Shown piece by piece: positions 57,985 through 64,000 of a stretch of DNA of 64,000 nt (the first letter of the stretch is position 1; each line of letters begins with the position of its first letter). The notes beneath the pieces were generated by a model that was given only the letters and a program-made list of their open reading frames with translations, made no database searches and was not told the DNA's origin. The position numbers were made by a program, and so were the translations under genes. The stretch lies in contig JAHDBR010000001.1 in assembly GCA_020630295.1 (NCBI GenBank), forward strand, positions 67,620-131,619, written 5' to 3'. The DNA comes from Sphingomonadaceae bacterium (GTDB lineage Bacteria; Pseudomonadota; Alphaproteobacteria; Sphingomonadales; Sphingomonadaceae).

Positions 57985-58938
57985 TTGTGGGTGAGCGAAA
58001 CAATTCTTGAAATCGAAGGTCTGACCAAGACCTATCCGGGCGGGCTTAAGGCCCTCGACAATGTCGATCTCTCAATTCGTAAAGGCGAGATTTTTGCTCT
58101 GCTGGGGCCGAATGGCGCGGGCAAAACCACACTTATCGGTGCGGTCTGCGGACTGGTGCGGCCAAGCGCGGGCACGATGCGCGTATTCGGGGAAGATCTG
58201 GCGACCAACTGGCGCGCGGCGCGGGCGCGGATAGGCTTGGTGCCGCAGGAACTCTCGACCGACATGTTTGAACAGGTGGACCGCGCGGTTGCCTATTCGC
58301 GCGGGCTCTTCGGGTTGCGCTCGGATCCTGCCCGGATTGAGGAAATCTTGCGATCGCTCAGCCTGTGGGACAAGCGCAAAGAACAGATACGTGCGCTATC
58401 TGGCGGGATGAAGCGCCGCGTGCTTATCGCAAAGGCGCTGGCGCACGAGCCGGATTTGCTGTTCCTTGATGAACCGACCGCGGGTGTGGACGTAGAATTG
58501 CGGCGCGATATGTGGAAACTGATCGGCGCAATGCGCGAGCGCGGCGTTACGATTATCCTGACCACGCATTATATCGAAGAAGCCGAGGAAATGGCTGACC
58601 GTGTAGGCGTGATCCGTCAGGGACGCATATTGATGGTGGACGATAAGTCCGCGTTGATGTCGCGCCTGGGCCGCACAGAGGCAATTATCAGCCTCGTCGA
58701 GCCTCTCGCAGAACTGCCAGCCAGTGTCGCGGCTTTGCCTGTCACCTTGACACAAGATGGCAGGCAAATTTGCTATCGCGGCGGTGATGGAAGCGGGAAG
58801 GGGAAGGCCGAAGTCGCCGCGCTGACGAAGGCACTCACGCACGCCGGTATCGACTTTGATGGCATCGACATTCACGAATCGAGCTTGGAAGACATTTTCG
58901 TCGATTTAGTCGAAGAACGCGAAGCGGGAGCAGCGTAA
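57985..58938 (+). CDS. ABC transporter ATP-binding protein (ABC-2 exporter type)
   Basis: Walker A GPNGAGKTT, signature LSGGMKRR. Start is TTG 57985 or GTG 57991. Confidence 0.9.
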   Translation: MWVSETILEIEGLTKTYPGGLKALDNVDLSIRKGEIFALLGPNGAGKTTLIGAVCGLVRPSAGTMRVFGEDLATNWRAARARIGLVPQELSTDMFEQVDRAVAYSRGLFGLRSDPARIEEILRSLSLWDKRKEQIRALSGGMKRRVLIAKALAHEPDLLFLDEPTAGVDVELRRDMWKLIGAMRERGVTIILTTHYIEEAEEMADRVGVIRQGRILMVDDKSALMSRLGRTEAIISLVEPLAELPASVAALPVTLTQDGRQICYRGGDGSGKGKAEVAALTKALTHAGIDFDGIDIHESSLEDIFVDLVEEREAGAA

Positions 58939-59705
58939 TGGGCTTTAACTTTCAAAGCACTTGGGCGATCTACACGCGCGAGTTGATGCGCGCGCTGCGC
59001 ACTGCTTTCCAATCAATTCTGGCCCCGGTACTGACCACCTCGCTCTATTTCATTGTCTTTGGCGCTGCCATTGGCGGAAGAATGCCGGATCTGGGCGGGG
59101 TTGATTACGGCGCGTTTATTGTACCGGGATTATTGCTTCTGACATTGCTCAGCGAGAGCACCTCGAATGCCAGCTTCGGCATCTATATGCCGCGCTTCAC
59201 CGGTACGATTTACGAATTGTTGTCCGCACCCGTCGGGGTTGCGGAAACGCTAGTCGGATTTGTCGGTGCAGCTGCCACAAAATCATTGATTTTGGCGGCC
59301 ATCATCCTGACGACTGCAACATTGTTTGTGGACTATTCTATCGCGCATCCGTTTCTGGCCGTGGGCTATATCATGCTGGTAGCGGCCAGTTTTTCGCTCT
59401 TCGGCTTCATCTTGGGGATCTGGGCGGATAGTTTCGAGAAGCTTGGCATCATCCCGCAATTGATCCTGTTGCCGCTGACTTTCCTTGGCGGAACGTTCTA
59501 CTCGATAGATATGTTGCCGGATCCATGGCGCACTGCGGCGCTCTTCAATCCTATTGTGTATTTGGTAAGCGGGCTTCGCTGGACATTTTACGGTTCAGCC
59601 GATGTGAACATCTGGGTGTCTTTCGGTCTTACGGTCGGCTTCTTGGCCGTCTGTGTGGGCATCATCGCCTTTATCTTCAAAACCGGATGGCGGCTCAGGG
59701 CGTAG
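58938..59705 (+). CDS. ABC-2 type transporter permease
   Basis: 255 aa with 6 TM segments. The stop of the ATPase gene overlaps its start (TAATG). Confidence 0.85.
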   Translation: MGFNFQSTWAIYTRELMRALRTAFQSILAPVLTTSLYFIVFGAAIGGRMPDLGGVDYGAFIVPGLLLLTLLSESTSNASFGIYMPRFTGTIYELLSAPVGVAETLVGFVGAAATKSLILAAIILTTATLFVDYSIAHPFLAVGYIMLVAASFSLFGFILGIWADSFEKLGIIPQLILLPLTFLGGTFYSIDMLPDPWRTAALFNPIVYLVSGLRWTFYGSADVNIWVSFGLTVGFLAVCVGIIAFIFKTGWRLRA

Positions 59706-59722
59706 AATTTGCGCTTCGAAGC

Positions 59723-60505
59723 TCAGTTTGCGACCAGGTCCCAAACCAGCTTTGCAGTCAGACCAAGTGATGCGACAATCATCAAAGGCCGGATCAGCTT
59801 CGCGCCATGCCGCATGGCAAATCGTGATCCGATGAAGCCGCCAATCATTGCGCCTGCAGCCATACTGAAGCCAAGCAGCCAGACCATCTTACCGCCCAAT
59901 GAGAAGACAATTACCGCCGCCCAGTTGGTGGTCATGTTAAACAGCTTTGCATTGGCGGTTGCGCGTGTCAGGCCAAAGCCGCGCAGGCCGACCAGCGTTG
60001 CGGTGTAGAACTGACCCGTACCCGGGCCGAAAAAGCCGTCATAAAGCGAAATGGTCCCTGCAACCGGTGCATAACCTTTACGGCTAACCCGCTCTTGCGC
60101 GTCTTCATCCGTCATGCGCGGGGAAAAGATGACATAGGTCGCCAGCAAAACCAGAAACACTGGTACAATATAGCGGAGCAAGTCGGCAGAAACCTGTTGG
60201 ATCAGGATTGCGCCGGTCGCGGAGCCAGTAAACACAAGCGCAACCAGCGGCAGATTCTTGCGCACCTCCACAAGTCCGCCACGCCAATATGACCAGCACG
60301 ACATACTGGTCCCGAAGACTGATTGCAGCTTGTTAGTGCCGATAGCGAGATGAGGGGGAAGACCTGCGGCAAGCAGGCTGGGCATCATTATCAATCCGCC
60401 GCCGCCAGCGATCGAGTCTATGAACCCTGTAAGGATCGCCACACAGAACATTGCGGCAATCAGCCACATCTCCGGTTGAAAATCTGTCACAGCGCTTTCG
60501 ATCAT
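59723..60505 (-). CDS. TauE/SafE-family anion exporter membrane protein
   Basis: Start moved to ATG 60505. Motif [16 protein letters not shown]; about 260 aa. Confidence 0.75.
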   Translation of the reverse strand: MIESAVTDFQPEMWLIAAMFCVAILTGFIDSIAGGGGLIMMPSLLAAGLPPHLAIGTNKLQSVFGTSMSCWSYWRGGLVEVRKNLPLVALVFTGSATGAILIQQVSADLLRYIVPVFLVLLATYVIFSPRMTDEDAQERVSRKGYAPVAGTISLYDGFFGPGTGQFYTATLVGLRGFGLTRATANAKLFNMTTNWAAVIVFSLGGKMVWLLGFSMAAGAMIGGFIGSRFAMRHGAKLIRPLMIVASLGLTAKLVWDLVAN

Positions 60506-60557
60506 TTGCCCGCTCTGGCCGCTGGCGCTAAGGGCCGCAAGCCCCAGAAAGAAACCA

Positions 60558-61700
60558 ATGACTGACACAGCCAAAACCCGCTTCGAATTCACTATCTCCG
60601 CGACTGACGGAAATGCGCGGACAGGCGCCATCCAGATGTTGCGCGGTGAAATCCGCACACCTGCATTTATGCCGGTGGGTACTGCGGCGACGGTTAAGGC
60701 GATGAAGCCGGAAACAGTTCGCAAAACCGGGGCCGACATAATCCTTGGTAACACTTATCATTTGATGCTCCGCCCTGGTGCAGAGCGTGTAGCCAAGCTG
60801 GGCGGATTGCACCGGTTTATGAATTGGGATCGGCCGATCCTGACCGATAGCGGCGGCTATCAGGTTATGAGCCTGTCCGAATTGCGAAAACTGACTGAAG
60901 AAGGTGTGGAGTTCCGCAGCCATTTGGACGGTTCCAAACACATGCTTACGCCGGAAAGGTCAATGGAGATCCAGCGCTTGCTCGGTTCGGATATTGTGAT
61001 GGCTTTCGACGAGTGCCCGCGCGCCGATCAACCGCGCGATGTCATCGCAGAATCGATGGAAATGAGTATGCGCTGGGCCAAACGCAGCCGTGACGGGTTT
61101 GACAGCGGTGAGGAACACGCCGCCCGTTCGGCCCTATTCGGCATCCAGCAAGGCGCGCTTGATGAAGAACTACGAAATCGAAGCGCGGACGCACTGACCG
61201 ACATTGGCTTTGATGGATACGCCATCGGCGGATTGGCTGTGGGTGAGGGGCAAGAGGCGATGTTCGCCACATTGGACTTTGCACCCAGTCAACTGCCACG
61301 TGACCGCCCGCGCTATCTTATGGGCGTGGGAAAACCGGATGACCTGGTTGGCGCGGTCGAACGCGGTGTCGATATGTTCGATTGCGTTTTGCCAAGCCGG
61401 TCAGGCAGGAACGGTCAGGCGTTCACGTGGAATGGCCCAATCAATTTGCGCAATGCTCGGTTCGCAGAGGACCAGAATCCCCTGGACAGTCGTTGCCACT
61501 GTGACACGTGTGCTACCTATAGCCGGGCGTATCTTCATCACTTGGTGAAGTCGCAAGAAATTCTCGGTGCTATGCTCATGACCGAACACAACATCGCTTT
61601 CTATCAACAATTGATGGAGGCGATGCGCGTTTCAATCGCGGCAGGGGGTTTCACTGCCTTTGCAAAGAAATTTCGCGATGAATACACGCGAAATCACTAA
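60558..61700 (+). CDS. tgt: tRNA-guanosine(34) transglycosylase
   Basis: 380 aa with [16 protein letters not shown], and Zn site CHCDTC...H. Confidence 0.95.
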   Translation: MTDTAKTRFEFTISATDGNARTGAIQMLRGEIRTPAFMPVGTAATVKAMKPETVRKTGADIILGNTYHLMLRPGAERVAKLGGLHRFMNWDRPILTDSGGYQVMSLSELRKLTEEGVEFRSHLDGSKHMLTPERSMEIQRLLGSDIVMAFDECPRADQPRDVIAESMEMSMRWAKRSRDGFDSGEEHAARSALFGIQQGALDEELRNRSADALTDIGFDGYAIGGLAVGEGQEAMFATLDFAPSQLPRDRPRYLMGVGKPDDLVGAVERGVDMFDCVLPSRSGRNGQAFTWNGPINLRNARFAEDQNPLDSRCHCDTCATYSRAYLHHLVKSQEILGAMLMTEHNIAFYQQLMEAMRVSIAAGGFTAFAKKFRDEYTRNH

Positions 61701-61779
61701 AACATGAGATAAGTCCTTCAAATTGTCATATAAACCTGCCACTCTTCTCTTTCAGGATAAGGGTGAAGGGGCTTTACAA

Positions 61780-63762
61780 ATGAGATCGATTATTGCTGCT
61801 GGATTACTGGCGAGTACAACTTTGGCATCGCCGGTTTATGCGCAGGATGAGGGCGACAACCCTGCGGCTGTTTTTGGCATGCGGGCCGCGATACTCGATA
61901 TCAGCCTGTCTCCGTCTGGTAACAAGATTGCCTATATTGCGCCGGCAGGTCCCTCCACAGAGGCCGTGTATGTCATCGATTTGAAGGGAGACGCCGCACC
62001 AACTCCGATTACCAAGTATGACGACGATAGTTCGCAACTATCCAGTTGCGATTGGGCGACCGATTCCCGCTTGGTGTGCAGAATATTCGGCATTTTGGAA
62101 GATAATAGCACGCCGGTCAGCTATTCGCGAATGATAGCCATTGGCGATGACGGAAAAGACGCGCAATTATTGACCCAACGTCAGTCTTCCAGCGCGCTCG
62201 GTTTCCGGCAAAATGGTGGCGGGATTGTCGCACTCGATCTGGCGGGCGAAGAGGACAAAATCCTCATGACGCGGCAGTGGGTCAAAGAGCTGACAATCAA
62301 CACCCGTCTGGCAAATGATCGGGAAGGCCTCGGTGTTGACGAAGTTGACGTGGTAACGGGCCGTAGAAGCAAGGTTGAGTCGCCTGATGCGAACGCCACC
62401 GCATATATTGCAGATGAGGCAGGCGAAATACGGATGAAGGTCCGCCAACCAACAGAAGCTGGCGGGATGCTTTCGAGCAGGCGGCTGTATTATTTCCGCG
62501 CGCCTGGCTCAAAGTCTTGGAAACTGCTGTCGAAAGTTGAGGTGGATAGCCAGACTTATAGCGGTCTACTTCCAGTTGCAGTAAACTCTGCTGAGAATAT
62601 CGCTTATGCCTTTGCGAACCATAATGGCTTTGAAGGTATCTATACGATCCCGCTTTCCGAAAATGGGGAGCCTTCGCTTCTTTTGTCACGAGACGATGCC
62701 GATATCGACCGGCTGATCAGGATTGGAAGATCGCGCAGGGTAGTGGGGGCAAGCTACGCGACAGAGAAAAGGCAAAACATCTATTTTGATGCTGAACTGA
62801 AGAAACTTGCCGATGGTTTGCACAATGCCTTGCCGGGTAAGCCGCTCATCAACATCGTTGGCGCGAGCTCTGACGAGAGCAAGCTGATGATTATCGCTTC
62901 CAGCGATACCGATCCCGGGATGACCTATCTTTATGATAAGGCAAGTCGCCGGCTTGAGCCTCTGTTACCGTTACGCAATTTCATGGACGGCCGCGCAATG
63001 GGCGAAATGAAACCCGTATCTTTTCCGGCTTCTGATGGCGTAGAAGTCCCCGGCTATCTGACGTTGCCGCCCGGCAGCGACGGTAAAAATCTTCCTACGG
63101 TAGTGATGCCGCATGGCGGCCCAAGCGCACGCGACGAATGGGGTTTCGACTGGTTGGTTCAATTCTTTACTGCGCGCGGCTACGCAGTGCTGCAGCCAAA
63201 CTACCGCGGTTCGTCTGGTTATGGTAGCGACTGGTTTGGCAAGAACGGTTTCCAAGCCTGGCGCACAGCTATTGGCGATGTGAATGATGCCGGCCGCTGG
63301 ATGGTATCGCAAGGGATCGCTGATCCGAATAAACTTGCTATCGTCGGTTGGTCATATGGCGGCTATGCTGCATTACAGTCTCAAGCTGTCGATCCGGACC
63401 TTTATAAAGCGGTTGTCGCGATTGCGCCGGTAACTGATCTGGAGCAGCTGCGTGCGGAATCACTGCGCTATACTTCCGGGCGGTTGGTCGATGCGTTCAT
63501 TGGCGACGGGCCGCACGTCAAGGCAGGTAGCCCAAGGCGGAACGTAGATGCGTTCAAGGCACCTGTGCTGATGTTCCATGGCGATCTTGATCTCAACGTA
63601 GATGTTAACCAGTCACGCCGGATGGAGGATAGTCTGCAAGATGCCGGAAAATCGGTAAAATACGTTGAGTTCGAGGATGTCGCGCACAGCCTGAGCGAAG
63701 GAAAAGTGCGTTACGAAATGCTCAAGGAAATCGATGCATTCTTGACCACCAGCTTGAAGTAA
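61780..63762 (+). CDS. S9-family serine peptidase (prolyl oligopeptidase/DPP type), secreted
   Basis: Start moved to ATG 61780, giving signal peptide MRSIIAAGLLASTTLASPVYA. Nucleophile elbow GWSYGG and a C-terminal Asp/His region. Confidence 0.85.
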   Translation: MRSIIAAGLLASTTLASPVYAQDEGDNPAAVFGMRAAILDISLSPSGNKIAYIAPAGPSTEAVYVIDLKGDAAPTPITKYDDDSSQLSSCDWATDSRLVCRIFGILEDNSTPVSYSRMIAIGDDGKDAQLLTQRQSSSALGFRQNGGGIVALDLAGEEDKILMTRQWVKELTINTRLANDREGLGVDEVDVVTGRRSKVESPDANATAYIADEAGEIRMKVRQPTEAGGMLSSRRLYYFRAPGSKSWKLLSKVEVDSQTYSGLLPVAVNSAENIAYAFANHNGFEGIYTIPLSENGEPSLLLSRDDADIDRLIRIGRSRRVVGASYATEKRQNIYFDAELKKLADGLHNALPGKPLINIVGASSDESKLMIIASSDTDPGMTYLYDKASRRLEPLLPLRNFMDGRAMGEMKPVSFPASDGVEVPGYLTLPPGSDGKNLPTVVMPHGGPSARDEWGFDWLVQFFTARGYAVLQPNYRGSSGYGSDWFGKNGFQAWRTAIGDVNDAGRWMVSQGIADPNKLAIVGWSYGGYAALQSQAVDPDLYKAVVAIAPVTDLEQLRAESLRYTSGRLVDAFIGDGPHVKAGSPRRNVDAFKAPVLMFHGDLDLNVDVNQSRRMEDSLQDAGKSVKYVEFEDVAHSLSEGKVRYEMLKEIDAFLTTSLK

Positions 63763-63785
63763 TCCGGCAATCACCAACACAAACA

Positions 63786-63818
63786 AAAAGGGCGGCCCCG
63801 AAGGACCGCCCTTTTTTG
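63786..63818. terminator. bidirectional intrinsic terminator between convergent genes
   Basis: AAAAA-GGGCGGcccCGAAGGaCCGCCC-TTTTTT. Confidence 0.75.
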
Positions 63819-63834
63819 TGTGTGCTGAAAAGGA

Positions 63835-64000
63835 TCAGCGCGAATAGAATTCGACAACCAAATTCGGTTCCATTGTGACCGGATAAGGCACTTCGTCGAG
63901 CTTGGGTACGCGGGTAAAGGTTACCTTGTCGTTGCCGTCTGGTGCGACATAGTCAGGAATTTCACGCTCTGGCAGGCTTTGCGCTTCAATAATCAGCGCC
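63835..64000 (-). CDS. rpsD: 30S ribosomal protein S4, C-terminal end (partial)
   Basis: Reverse translation gives ...[17 protein letters not shown], the characteristic S4 C-terminus. Confidence 0.8.
   Translation of the reverse strand, partial: ALIIEAQSLPEREIPDYVAPDGNDKVTFTRVPKLDEVPYPVTMEPNLVVEFYSR

Overview
This window looks like ordinary core chromosome from an alphaproteobacterium, probably Sphingomonadales. That assignment is an unverified inference from gene order, a direct-repeat GAAC-N7-GAAC LexA-type box and GGAAC-N16-GTT EcfG-type promoters. I call about 60 protein genes and 3 tRNAs: tRNA-Leu(CAA) and two identical tandem tRNA-Glu(UUC). I saw no rRNA, CRISPR array, IS element, integrase or prophage signature. 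Gene blocks in order: efp end and suhB; Zn-ADH, SLC13 permease and M20 amidohydrolase; long-type isocitrate lyase aceA with a divergent RamB/ScfR-type regulator; a PEP-CTERM/exosortase regulatory module (sugar transferase, PrsK, PrsR, TPR lipoprotein); BASS and DUF475 membrane proteins; panB; an SNF transporter; a PNPOx stress protein; an alpha carbonic anhydrase; a radical-SAM plus DUF4130-UdgX pair; an extensin-like protein; phoR-pstCAB-phoU-phoB; recJ; a flavodoxin-like protein, an orphan, NMO, an amidohydrolase and a VWA protein; leuA; ilvBN-ilvC; miaA and serB; an iodotyrosine-deiodinase-like nitroreductase; a Coq4 homologue; purL; xseB-ispA-coaD-ppi-queA, an ABC-2 exporter, TauE and tgt; an S9 peptidase; and the rpsD end. 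The best candidate for a poorly understood system is the translationally coupled radical-SAM / DUF4130-UdgX (KRRIH motif) cassette, whose start codon is abutted by a LexA-type box. Other items worth a second look: a 57-aa ORF missed by the ORF track, sitting between aceA and a double-hairpin terminator; a CTA-rich Leu leader peptide upstream of leuA; a perfect 16-bp palindrome in the panB/SNF divergent region; EcfG-type promoters; a Pho box; and a terminator-like hairpin 24 nt upstream of ilvB. All family assignments rest on motif recognition by eye. No database search was run.
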